From: Cycas panzhihuaensis
Taxonomy: Eukaryota; Plantae; Cycadophyta
Direction: 5' to 3'
Assembly: GCA_023213395.1 (NCBI GenBank)
Contig: CM041465.1
Span: 186,627,741-186,691,740 of the forward strand
Length of the DNA: 64,000 nucleotides
The notes below the pieces were generated by a model. That model had not been told where the DNA came from and did no database searches. It saw nothing but the letters and a program-made list of their open reading frames with translations. Position 1 is the first letter of the stretch. Each line of letters starts with the position of its first letter. Positions 14,691 to 27,544 of this stretch are shown piece after piece. The translations under genes and the position numbers were made by a program.

Positions 14691-15749
14691 TCTAATAGCG
14701 ATAATACATATGCTTGTTGTGTATGCATAGATGGATAGATAATACACCTTTTCATTAAATGTCATTCTTAGTTTTCATTTTTTGACTAATTAATATAATA
14801 GATATTATTATGTATATTTATATTAGTTAATTAATTTATAAATTAGGATTATAGCCTCATTAGCACTTAATGCGTGTAATTTGAGTCAATTACACTTTGA
14901 GTTCAAATTATGAGTGCATATTAGTGATTATTTTCTTGACCTAGATTCAACCCCTAAAAAGGTTTATGATTAATTAAAATATTTGCTAATTAAACATTTT
15001 GTTGGAGTTTACATAGAAGTCACACACCTAATTAATTATTAACCTAATAGTACTACTCTTTAGAGGGAATAATTGAATGTAATAATTAAACATAATAACT
15101 CTCATCATAAAATAGTAAAAATAGATCCTTAAGGTAATTTTAGGGTCATTATTAAATGACTTCAAAACATGGTTTTTTGAAACACACAATTGAAAAAAGA
15201 TGTTTGTAAATAATTAGGAAGGCACCTACACTTATCACAGGCATAGTTACAGTGTCATCTAATCATTTGAGTGGATCTTATCTTGAATATGGAGCTCAAT
15301 AATCCTTGAGAGATGGATGAATTAAATTGTAGTAGTGCTCATATGACTTATCTTGCCATCTAAGAAGATTGAAAGAACCAACAAAAGGGAGATGGATTAA
15401 GTAAATTGTAATAATGTCCATATGACTCCTCTTTTGATTGCATTGCATAAATGTCTCCTATCACTAAATATTATTAGGCCCATTGATTGAATTCAATCTT
15501 GTTTTTATAATATACACAACTTTTCCATTTAACAAAGCAAAGTTGTTTGTATGTGTTGCATGCACATCCATAGAATAAACATTACATATGAATCACATTC
15601 ACATAACCAATTTAGAAAACCAATTATGCCCTAATATCTTAAGAACGGCATAAGATGTAGCGTTCCCTTTTAATACACTAATTATAAATAATAAAAAAGC
15701 GGTCCAAATTTGGAACTCGACTTTTTATGATGAATTTATGACCACAGAT

Positions 15750-16100
15750 TACGTGTCCAAATAAGGTGAAGTTATAATTGTATACCACCTCATATTTTCC
15801 AAATATTAAACTTGAAGAATGACATTGACTACCATCCGTCATACCGGATTGAGAGGGCTTTAGTGGGGCGACCAAAAGAAGAGAATAGAATATAAATATA
15901 ATAAAGAGTCTAATGACACGTCACTGCCTAAAAAAACAAAACACCAAGACGATTCTGAGGGACGTGTCCGGTGAAAGTCGAATACGACGAGTGACTCGGC
16001 TCATTTCGGCAACGTGGGACCCTCCTTAACACACCCTTCGATACGTCCATGCCATGCACTCTCCTACCGTCCACGTGTTAAACAATCCCATGCAAAGTAC
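15750..16100 (+). promoter_or_regulatory. ABRE/G-box/RY motif cluster upstream of the host gene
   Basis: ACGTGTC at 15751, 15915 (rc) and 15962; ACGTGG at 16012; CACGTG at 16072; CATGCA at 16053 and 16089; TATA-like tataaag at ~16364. Confidence 0.55.
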
Positions 16101-16643
16101 CTCTCTCTGCTTCGTTTGTGGACAGGGGGACCGTAGAATAACAAGACATTGTTGGACAGGTGTCAGCCCCATAATATTTTGCGTTTTAAAATTAGAAAGT
16201 ATTAAATATCAGTATGTCGACATGGGAATTGCGCGGGAGGGAATCTTCGGAGACGGTCAGTTTCGACTTTGGAGGATCGACAAGAGAGATCTTATCGGAC
16301 TGGAGAATCATGGTATTATTGTAATAATTATTGTTATTGTAGAAATATCCGTAATTACATTTTTATAAAGCCCCACAAATTCCAGAGGAGGGGACCTGCA
16401 GTTCTTGAGATTCCGTCTCGGCAGACGACGGTAGGAATCAGTCCCAGTTGGACTGAATTCTAATGACATTGGGCTCTGCAAAAATTAGGGGTACCTGGTG
16501 GTTACTGGAAAATCAAATGGAGCTCACGGAAGGCATTCGACGCTAGGAATTTCCCATGGAGGGATTCTCGCTGAGAGCCGATTCGTACAAATAAAGTCCA
16601 TTAATTAGCTGATCAGGAGAGTCGTTAAATTCATTTTAATCCA

Positions 16644-18138
16644 ATGGAGGCGCAGAGGCAGTCGGTGGCCTCCAGGATCGAATTAAGCGGATCCCGCCAT
16701 TGTAAAATTTCGGGTAAAAGCTTTGCGTGTGCGAAAAGGGCAGATGCCTGGTTCGATATAAGAGTGATCTATGTGAGACTGAGCTCCTGCTGCATGCTTG
16801 AAAACGGACCGGATTGCCTTACAATTGTGTTCCCTTCTCGAAGCACATCCACGGCGCTTGAGGTTAATGGCGGGAGAATTCCACCCTCGCAGTCCAAAAT
16901 GCGTAATCTCAGGAGGGACAGAGTTGATGCGGAATCTGCCGAGGCAACGTATGTCACGACTGATAATCTCCGCACCGATGGCGATTTACCATTTGAACTT
17001 CGCCACAAGAGCGGGGTGCTCGTCTCTGGAATTTTTCAAAGGTTGGAGAAACATGCAGTTGCCGCCAGAAAGAAACTCTGGTCTATGGAATGCAACTGTG
17101 CAATATCGGCAGGATCTTCCTTTCTGTCAAACAATTATGATTTTTCACCGTTTCTGGAAGTTTATGTGGCAGGAAGCTGCTTGGGGCAGCCGATAGTGTT
17201 GAACCAAATGGTGCACTTGCCGCCTCATAGAAATTGCATGCGTTCGTGCAGTTCTTTGGATGCCATTCCAGAAGACGAGGAATCAGGAAATTGTGGATCT
17301 ACGCTCCAGCCTCAGGTTATAAAATATTCCTGCATACCGTTTTAATTAATTGATTGAGTTTTTGTTTTTCTGTGATTTTTTTGACCTTTTTAAATATCCA
17401 TTTCCTTGAAGATTTGATCTGCCATTTCCTTTGGCAATTTCTTCAAATTCACCTAAGGATCGCATCCATGATAAGTTACTTACATTGAACCCTTGCCCTT
17501 GTTGATTGACTTTAACGGCGTGTTCCTAGGGTTTTGAACCGGTTCCACATAGTCTCTATGTCATTGCTAAATTTTAACAATTGCTGACTGCACAGTTTTG
17601 AACTTAGAAGATCTTTCCTGAACACACACCCTGCTTATCACTGAAGCGCAGCCGACCAGCGTCCCTGACTTAATCGGTGATTTGATAAAACGAACCTTCA
17701 TCTGAGGGTCATATATCGTGATCAAATAAATGTTCAAATTTGCAGCACTGCTTTGTTATAAACGTTAATGCAGGATCATTCTCTGAATAATGAACGGTTA
17801 ATTAATAAAATACACTGATGATATTGAATTTGCAGATCGTGGTTTTAGTGTTAATGTTCTTCCCATCGGTGCTAATTCCTACATGGTTGTGTGCTTGGAA
17901 TATTGAACAGGAAGAAGAATACACAGAAATTGAAAAATGTAATGATCTGGAGACATTTAATTTCTTGGATGATGCGTGTGTTGAAGGAGAGGAGGGGGAG
18001 TTATCTTGGTTTAATGCAGGTGTAAGAGTTGGTATGGGAATAGGTCTGGGAATGTGCGTTGGAATTGGAATCGGAGTTGGGTTGATAATCAGGACTTATC
18101 AAACGACAACAGGACGTTTTCGAAGACACCTGCTATAG
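16644..18138 (+). CDS. At1g01500-like plant protein (family often annotated 'erythronate-4-phosphate dehydrogenase family protein'), 2 exons, ~299 aa, C-terminal Gly-rich transmembrane segment
   Basis: Exon 1 16644-17315 (WFDIRVIYVRLS, LEVNG, LRRDRVDAESAEATYVTTD, WSMEC, EVYVAG, LDAIPE). Phase-0 GT-AG intron 17316-17910. Exon 2 17911-18138 (GEEGELSWFNAGVRVGMGIGLGMCVGIGIGVGLIIRTYQ..RR), the family's hallmark C-terminus. CpG-rich and uninterrupted. Confidence 0.9.
17316..17910 (+). other. Intron of the At1g01500-like gene
   Basis: CAG|GTTATA donor, AACAG|GAA acceptor, T-rich start, joins the two exons in frame. Confidence 0.75.
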
Positions 18139-20332
18139 CTAATAACGGTCTGACTGTCTGACCACATCAAATTGAGAGGACGCAGAGTTATAAAAATCCT
18201 GCACTACCGAGAAGGAACCGGTCACATATCTTTGCCAAAAGATTTCGATGAGCAGGTTTCGAACCCTGTCAATCAATACATAGAGCGCTCTCGGTTGCCA
18301 AAGCCTAAGAAAAACATCATCTCCAAGAGGTTTTTACGAACATAATGCAGGTTGCGGTATATGTCAGGTTGTGCAGAGAATATGCAGAGCCGGTTGCATT
18401 CAGAAAAGCAAAATGTCTAGCAATATTCTTATTGCTTCAATTAATTGTATGTAGTTTTGGAAAACCTGTAAGTTTGAATGTACAATTTGCTCCTGTCAGG
18501 AAAGCAAATGTACATCTTCAACGACAAAATCAGAGTCTGCCCTGAACATCTTTCTCATTTCTAATTCCTGCACTAAAATGATGATACACTGGCACTTTGG
18601 TACTTCTAGTTTATGTATCGCTGCTGGTCATCATTAACATTGACTGGTTAAAAATTCGTTTAGACGGTACATCAGTTGCTCAACTTTCCCTTTTATGTGC
18701 CCTCCCATACAGAGGTGAAGTATGGTATTTTTTGTAGATAAATAGTGGTCGGTCTTCTTTTGACCCATAGGGAACTGAACGTTTTCCGTTCATGGGTTTG
18801 ACTTTTGACTCAATGTTATCGGATTTTTAACTTTGTCTTAGCACTTTGAAGTACAAATTGTTTTTTTTATTAAAAAGTATTAAAATTATTATTTTAATAT
18901 TTTTATTTAAAATATTTTTTTTAAAATACACATATAAATACATAGATAATTTTTTTTTTTTTGTGGTATATATTGAGTGGATGGAATTAGATACTTATTT
19001 GTTAGAATAAAAATAAAAATAGTAGTTGAGATAATTATGATTAATTAATAATATTTCTCTTTAGGTATATTTCGGGAGAAGGAGTGAGATGAGATTGTAA
19101 GTCTATAGTGTGAGACAAGACTAATAATATTGTATTTTTGTGATAATGTTCCTTTTTTGCAAGAAAAATTCTTTGGATCTCTAAAGCTTTACACGTTAAT
19201 AAACCTCTATATTGGTTACAAAGGACATGCTTTTTAAGAAGTAGCCAATGAAACTTAATATTTTTTATGATATAAAATTAAACACAAGCCCAACACTTGA
19301 ATGAATTTTTTGCTCTTCACATCATCTTTGCATAAGAATTGATAGATCCTTGCTAACAATTTTCTTTTAGTCCTTCACATCTCTTGAGCTCCTCCTACCT
19401 TTTAAGAAACATATCAAAACTCTTGGTATTGTTTTGCATGGTTATTTTTTCAACAAATTATTAGTTGTTCTCCCATGCCACATATTTTTGGAATGTAAAG
19501 AAAAAGAACAATTGTACCAAAGGGCCTTGGTGCAATCTAATGCAATTGAATCGCCATTAATGTAAATGCTTTCATTTTTCTCAAATGAAATTTCTCATAA
19601 ATAATACTCCTTTTCATTTAGTTCATGTAGATATTTTTTATTTAATTTCTTTGGTTTTCTTCCTTACCATAATAGTTTTGAACCAACTTCATCAATCTAT
19701 TCAATTTCCACATTTGACATAAACCTTAAAGTTAAAATCATTAGTTAATTCTATGACATACTAATTGCTACAAAAAAAATCATCAATAAGTAGATTTCTT
19801 CAACAAACATTATTTAGCACCTTTGGTACTAGTTTATTTACTACAACTTGAAATCCTTATTCATTTATTACTTTCAATGATTAAAACCAAGAATAAAAGC
19901 TAGGCTTGGCCGTTACACTATCCAATTGGCATCTTAATTATAGATCAAAATATCCTAAATTATAGTTAGCAAACATAGAACCAAACTCTAGAAGTAACTC
20001 CACTAGAATTATATTGTCCCATATGTTGCCTATTATTTTGGAGTTAGAATCTCCTATATAACCTTAGGGTCTCTTATGTGATTGCTCAAATACTAAACTT
20101 TGAAATAAATGTTTCCATATAGTTGTCTATGTTGTTTCATGACTGATAATATATATGATATGGTGGCTTCAAAGTTGAGCTACAAAGTTCACAAGAAAAA
20201 ATAGAATTGTTGATTAGATTGGCAAGAATATCATTACAGCTTTGAAGAACTCTATTATAGTTTTGTCCAAAATGTCACTACAAAAGGCACTTATGTCTTC
20301 AAAAATTGAACAACTTGTTACACCACTTAAAA

Positions 20333-20418
20333 GCTACTTTTAATAGTTTATTTTTAAAAGTCTCTCAAAATACACTTAAAAGTTTCACCATTGCATAAGC
20401 ATATTCACATCATGACAT
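20333..20418 (+). repeat. Dispersed repeat; second copy at ~60943-61028
   Basis: aaaagtctctcaaaatacacttaaaagtttcaccattgcataagcatattcacat vs aaaagcctctcaaaatacacttaaaattttgataattatataagcatatttacat. Confidence 0.7.
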
Positions 20419-21789
20419 GTGTCCTTGAATTATGATATATCGTTTATAAAAGTATAATAACTTTCTTCATGATGTTTGTTAATCAATAGCTGATTAACAC
20501 GTGCCTACATTGCATTGGTCACCAAATAGCAATTTTTATATGATTTTTAATGCCTATTACATGTATATGCTTTATGTAATTCCATAAGATTTTAAATAAA
20601 AAGCTTAGGAAAACAACTATAGTAATATTTTGGTTAAAAACATAAGAATTTTTTACTTCTGAAAATTTATCATAAGGACTTTACAAAGTTATTTTGCCCT
20701 GTTAGAATAGTCCTATATATTAGTAATATTTTATGATCAATTAGGACATAGGCCTAACTAAAGAGAATTTTAATAAAGATTTTAATCAAGGCTCCTACAT
20801 ACCACTAATAAATAATTTGTAAAATGAGAAAATAAGTGAAGATATATCATGTACCCAGTATATGGTAACTTTATATCTTGTTAGCCTAAGGGTATTGATT
20901 CATAGTGTAGTTCCTTCTCACTTTGAGTTTTAATTGCTTACAAGCATAAGGTAAAGATATTTAATGTAAAAGTGACACTTCATTTCTCTATTATAATGAT
21001 ATATAATAAGTAAATATTTTGTAATAAATAATAACACATACATGCATAAGCAAACAAGTACAAATGGAGCTGAAGTTGAAGGTTGAGTAATCTTATTTTT
21101 ATTAATGAATAAATATTTATAAAGAGAAAATGTGAAAATCACAAATAAGCTTACCTTAACTATGCAAGGATAGTGTTGATGTCATATAAATAATGACTTT
21201 TCCCCTTTAGAAGAAGTAGAGGAATACCAAATAGACACCAAAAGTTAGTCATGTGTTCTCTTCTCTTTTATACGTTTTTAGAAATGATCATATGAAAGTA
21301 TAGTTCCCTTGCATAGGGAAATCATGATTCAATATTTTCATATAAACAAATCCCCAAAATCTTCCTAAGAGTTTTTAAAAGGTCAAGAATGTCAGTTCAT
21401 TCACAACAAGGGCAACACTTGCATAATAGTATCACTTTATCAATCAAATATCAATAGCTACATAGACTCAAAGTAATATAAATATGCAAGATGAAGGGTG
21501 TTTACTAGGATGGGATAAAGGCTTGTTATAAAGGAGAGGAACACATTGATCTTTCAATTCAATACTCCATGTGCCTTAAAGCTTAGAAACACCAACGAGC
21601 ACTAGTTAGTAATGAATAATTTGAAATACATTCAAAAGTAAGAGTGTAGGTATTAAATATTAAACAAAATTTAATTCAAAATTAACATCAAAATAATTTT
21701 AAAATTAAATTTTACCTTTAATATCGTTCCTTGATGTTAATTTTTTAAACACCAAAATCATACCAGAATTTGTAAAATTTGTCTTTTAC

Positions 21790-21985
21790 TAAAGGTTATA
21801 AGTACATTAACAACTTGCTCTTATGTAGGGATGTATTTAAGTTAAACCATTTATTGTTCGATAATATCTCTAATGAAATGACAATCAACTTGAATATGTT
21901 TGGTCATTTCACAAACAATAAGGATTTTAATAATTATCAATATGTTTTGATTATTAGTCTTATAATTATGATCACAATTAGACTA
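21790..21985 (-). mobile_element. Ty1/copia RNase H remnant
   Basis: Minus strand TKHIQVDCHFIRDIIEQ*MV*LKYIPT*EQVVNVL matches the copia RH consensus TKHIEVDCHFIRE...EQVAD. Confidence 0.75.
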
Positions 21986-22543
21986 TAAAGAGATAAAAGT
22001 ATTAAGACGGTGGGAGTGAATCCATATAATGAATTTCTTGCATGCATGAGTTAATTTTCACTAGCATTCTTGTGTCCCCTATATTTAGTAGTCTCTTAGA
22101 GTATAATTATACCAATTGCCATTATGGTCATTCTAGGAAATAATCGATTATTTTCAAAAGTGATTTGAGAGCACCAATCCAAATCTTTTTTTTCTTTTCC
22201 TTTTGGCTTATAAGGGAAGAATAGTACCAAAATGTATGCGGAAGTTTATCTTGAAGGTTTTTATTGAGGTGGGTTGAATCTTTTAATAGTATCTTTAAAT
22301 GCTAATATTATATTTAATGCTTTGAATGATATTTATTTCCATATGTTGATAGTGTATTTTATAGGTCAAACATTAAGAAAGGCATTCATTCGTTAATGAG
22401 CCAAATTTACAATTGAAATCTCTTAGTGAAAGATTATATCTATAAAAAATCTTATAAAAGATTTGTTTTCTTTTATTTTAAATCATTTGAAGTATCTTAA
22501 CAAGTTCTATGTAGAGGTCCATAGATATGTAGAAGTAACATAG

Positions 22544-25500
22544 TGATGTGTAACCATTAAAATTCTGATTTATTTATCGATCGAGATGTAGTATTTAAAT
22601 GCCTAATATGGGTTGAATTTTTTATGATGGAATGGAAAATCCTTTCACAAGACACGCAAATAAAAACATAAGTTAAAACAAAAATCAAACTTTATATGAC
22701 CACCTTTCTTGAAAATTTTAGTCTTTTCATTCCCAAAAAGTAGCAAAAACTAAAAATTACTTTCATAATACCAAAAGTATCAAAATTTAAGGCCCTTGGC
22801 CATGCAAGAATGTTAATTATTATCCATTAAAATTAAGAAATTGACTTTAAGTGAAAAAATACTCAAATAAAAAATTTTCTATTTTAGTAAAATCTTAATT
22901 ATTATTATTCTCAATAAATTTTTAAAAGTTCTCTAATTTGCTCAAAACTTGAGCCATCAGAAACTAAACACATAATAGACTCCATAAGGACATTAGTAAT
23001 ATAATGTTAATCTGCTAAGAAAAATAATATCCTCAAAATGTTACGAAAGTGATAGATAATCGTAAACTATAATTTTAAGCCCCTAGATGGTCTTGTTTGA
23101 GCTTGTAACCTATAAAATAATTTATTGCATTGACTAATTTTTAAATATCTAACTCCTTCCAAAATTTAGGCCAAAATGGACACATAGATCAAAAGTTATA
23201 ATCCTAACAAATTGACCCTCTAAATTTGGAGCTTGCGTATGCTCTCGCATTATCCTTCTCTACTTGAAAATAACTAAGCTCCTATGAGTAACCATGTTAG
23301 AACTCTTGCCACTTGTCCGTGTTAAGTTTCTTTAATTTACTTTTTAAAATTCAAGTATTTTTCTTCTACTGTAGCCCTTTCCACTAGACCAAGTATCTAT
23401 CATAATTACCTTACCTTGTGTGAATTATTTTTCTATTTGATACTTGTTCAATATCTTTCTTCTTCTTCCTTAGTATTTATTATCTCTAATTCATCTCTTT
23501 TTCCTCTTCTTCCACCTCATTATATACTTCATAAAAAGCATACAAATAAAAAATATTAAATACAAGTGAGATATTAAGGTCATAGGGTAGATTTACCTCA
23601 TATGTATTGCCATTATTTTTTCTATAATTCTTTAAGGACTTATCTTCTTATATTTTAACTATTATATGTACCTTAAGGAAATCAATCCTTCCTTAAGCAC
23701 ACTATCACTAAATCCTCTTATAGAAATACCTTGCTTCTCTTTCTCAGATTTGTCACCATTTTATACTTATTATTATCTTATAATTTTTTCCTCACCTCTG
23801 TATGCACTTATTGCATGTGGTTTATAAAAACTTCTACATTGTCACTTATCTTATCATTAATGGGTCATTGTATAAAATTTAATGCTCCCTTAGGATTCTT
23901 GCTATATACAATCTAAAATAGTGACTTCTGTATACATCTATTTACGAAGTAGTTATAGGAAAATTCAATATATGCTAATACCAAGTCCCACTACTTAGGT
24001 TTCTTCCAAACTCCTATTTACTACCTTTGTCTAGTTATTAGTTGGTAAGTGGTATGCACTATTAAATTATAGCTGTATTCTTAGTTTCTTCTATAATATT
24101 ATCTAGAAATAATTTAGAAACTTATTATCTCTATCTGAAGTGATAATCTTCAATATACTATATAATCTAACAACCTCCTTAAAAAATAAATATGCTATTT
24201 TGGATGTATCATTAGTATTTTCCATGCAATAAAATAAGCCATATTTAAAAATCTATCTATAACAACAAATATGGAATCATTATCTCATTGAGTGTTTGGT
24301 AATTCTAATACAAACTAATGTTTGAATATATTCATTGTCCCTTTGTCATAGGTAATGGCATATATAGTCTTAGTATTTTGTGTATGACCGTTAGCCACTT
24401 AACATATCCTTCACCTTACCACATACTTTCCCATATCTTGCTCTATCTTAGGCCAAAAATATTTCTCCTCCACCAAAACTATGGTCTTATTCCTACCAAA
24501 GTATCCTTCAAATCCTTTACTATGTAATTCCCTTACAATATTATCTCTCATGGACCCTACCTAAATGCATAATTATTTTTCTTTGAACAAGTATATATCA
24601 TGTATGAAATAGTCACCATACTTAGACCCATTTTCATTAACTAAGGAGTTCTTGCAATATTCCATAACTTTACCAAAATATAGGTTAGTACTATATAAAT
24701 CCTTTAAAGCATCAAATATGACCACTTTCACTACCCTTTGACTCAATGCATCAATAACCTCATTTTATTTTCTTAATTTGTACTTTAGGATGAAAGTAAA
24801 TCCCTTTAAATATAACACCTATTTTATATGTTTAGTATTCAACTTTTTTAGTGTATTTATATACTTTAATGCTTGGTAGCCTAAAAATAAGATAAACACC
24901 TTGAGTATAATATAGTGTCTTCAATGCCTCAATCCCTACATAATAGCTTAGAACTTTATGTTATATGTAAAATGCTTCTTTCTTATCTTATTTAACTTTT
25001 TATTATGATATGTTATTGGCCTTCCTTCTTGACTTGATACGACTCCAATAGCCACATGTGATACATTATAATTTACTTTAAATACCTTTTAATAATCTAG
25101 TAGTACCAATATAGGTGCTTTTATTATCTTTTGTTTTGTCATCTTAAAACTTTGCTCTGCAACCTTGGTCTAAACAAATTCCTTTTCCTTTGTACAATTT
25201 GTTAGTGGGTTAATGATATGACTAAAATTTTTTATAAACTTCTTATGAAATATGGTTATAAATCATGGAAGCTCCTCACTTGTATTATACTCTTAGGTGT
25301 AGTCTATTCAATAATGGCTCTAATCTTCTCTTCATCCATATTTAGTCCATCATGAAATATTACCAATCTTAAAAATACTAGACTACTTTATATAAATTTA
25401 TATTTCTTTAAGTTTACATATAAATACTTTGCTCTTAATACATCTAACACCACCTTTATATGTATTAAACACTCCTCCTTAGTTTTATTGAATATTAAAA

Positions 25501-27470
25501 TATCATCAAAATAGACAACTACAAACTTACCAACATATCATTGTAATATAGTATTCATTAGTCTCATGAATATGTTTAAGATATTTAACATTTTGAATGG
25601 CATGACTAGCCACTCATATAGTCCATCTGTCGTTTTAGAGGTCACCTTCCTTTTGTCCCTTCTCAAATCTAAATCAGTTAATAACCACTTCTCATATTAA
25701 TTTTGGGGAAGAAGATTATGCTTATCAAAATATCTAATATGGCACCCATTTAAGGGATTAGGAACATATACTTGATTGTGATTTTGTTGATTACCCTAAA
25801 ATCAATACATATCCTCCAAGAGCTATCTTTCTTTTGGTTCAAAAGGGATAGAATTAGATATAGACTCATGCTCTCTCTTATCATATCTTTTTGTATTAAC
25901 TCACCTAATTATCTATTTAATTCTATATTCTCCATTATGATCATTCGATAGGCTATTAGATTGGGTAAAGCTAACCCTAGAATTAAGTCAATATAATATT
26001 GGATATCCCTTATAGGTGGAAACCCATCCAACAACTTATCTAGTGTCATATTTATATACTTTGCTAATATGTTTGCTATCTCATGTGTTACTTATATGCC
26101 TTTTTCTTTAACTTTCCTTACCATCAAAGTGTAACATATATTAATTAAATTTTCTTATTTAAAGAATTTCTTCACTGTCAACACAATCTTTACTTGCCCT
26201 TTTTCCTTCACAAATAACACCACTACCTTTATACCATTCTTTTAGAAGGTATAAATATTATTTCTCCTATCATGATAGGTATTCCTATCATGTCAACATG
26301 GCCTCCCCAATAACACATGACATGCATCCATTAGGAGAATAACATACTATACTTTATTATGATACACATGCCTAATGATAAATTTTACTAAACATCTCTT
26401 ATCTACTACCATCTCATTTATTTTGTTGACCTAAGAAATTCTGTAGGAAGTTGGATGCTTTTCATAATACAATCCTAGCTTTTCTACTATCTCACTAGAA
26501 ACCATATTTTTATAACTTGCATTATTAATAATAACCTTACAAATCTTACTTCTAGAGGTGCATCTCATCTAAAAAATATTATTATAGAGCCACGAATTAT
26601 CATTTTCTTTTACTTTCCCTTTTCCTGTGTGCGATCTTGTTTTAAAGTGATCAAAGTTCTCCTTAATATCAAGCTCTTCTCGACATCTACTACAACATTT
26701 ATAAGTTATTTCTTAGCTTGTGCCAATTTCACTATTCCCAATGCCCCTTAGTTCCATGGTTGAACATAATAATAAAGATATTCATAGACATTTTGACCTT
26801 CTTCAATGGGCCTCATTAGGATATTCCCTCATCTAGTAAAACTTCTACCCCTCTATGCTCCATAGAAACCTATGCCTCTTAACTAGATTTGGAATCTTCT
26901 ATACTCTTATCTCCCTAGAGTTATACCTTTCCTCTTTATTTAATTAAATAACTCCCTACTAGATAGTTAAAGGCATCCCTGCCTCTGAATGAGGTGGTGG
27001 TTTTTTCTTTACCTTAAAGGCAAATTGGCAAGCATCTTTAACATTATTGATTCTAAGCATGTTAAGTTCATCTTAGTTGGAAAGTTTTAGTCCATTCACA
27101 TACTTGGAAGTCATCTACTCTTCTATTTCTTCATGCTCCATCTTAATAGATAACTTATAAAATTTATTTGTATAGTCTTGGATACTCATCTCCCTTTGGC
27201 TTAAGTTCTAAACTTTGTTAAACAATATTTGAGAATAGTCTATTAGAAGGAAAATTTCCTTTAGTTTCATTACCATCTTACTCTAAGTTCTAATTTTATC
27301 CTTCTTGTTTCTCATCCTCTCATTCTATAAGTGATCCCACCATATTATTACTTGACCTTTTAACTTAGTATATACAATTTTTTTTTTCTTCTTTTATTTC
27401 CTTCCATTTAAAGAATTTCTCCATATTATTTAACTAGTTAATTAACTCTTTAGGCTTTAAGATGCCTCTT
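22544..27470 (-). mobile_element. Degenerate CRM-like chromovirus (Ty3/gypsy), 5'-truncated: gag-PR-RT-RH-INT-chromodomain plus 3' LTR
   Basis: 3' LTR 22544-23252 (tgatg...catta) with an adjacent PPT (rc tccttctctacttgaaaa). Chromodomain DIEQVSNRK..RYLV*WKGL (~23350-23460). INT ~23600-24600. RT: WRMCIDFR, FVVVYFDDILIF (~25490-25820). Protease: DACHVLLGRP (~26300). gag: DYTNKFYKL (~27150). Confidence 0.88.
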
Positions 27471-27513
27471 ATTATCCTATTTTTCTATCTTGATCAAAAG
27501 GACATAAATGGGA

Positions 27514-27544
<31 letters not shown>

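Noticed and set aside
15308-15430. ~42-bp diverged direct repeat (gagatggat..aaattgta..catatgact)
   Set aside because: Real but short; no structure links it to an element or to the gene's regulation.
16054-16463. ORFs of 104 aa and 64 aa upstream of the gene
   Set aside because: They overlap promoter motifs and an AT-rich low-complexity tract, with no recognisable homology.
16769-17196. Overlapping ORFs 16769-17008(-) and 16798-17196(+)
   Set aside because: Shadow frames of the GC-richer real exon 1, with no recognisable motifs.
17774-17796. Potential 23-nt micro-exon (cag|...|gt) in the intron
   Set aside because: Its inclusion would shift exon 2 out of frame.
19050-20330. Possible DNA-transposon (hAT-like) remnant
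   Set aside because: It looks coding-derived, but no diagnostic motif could be read with confidence.
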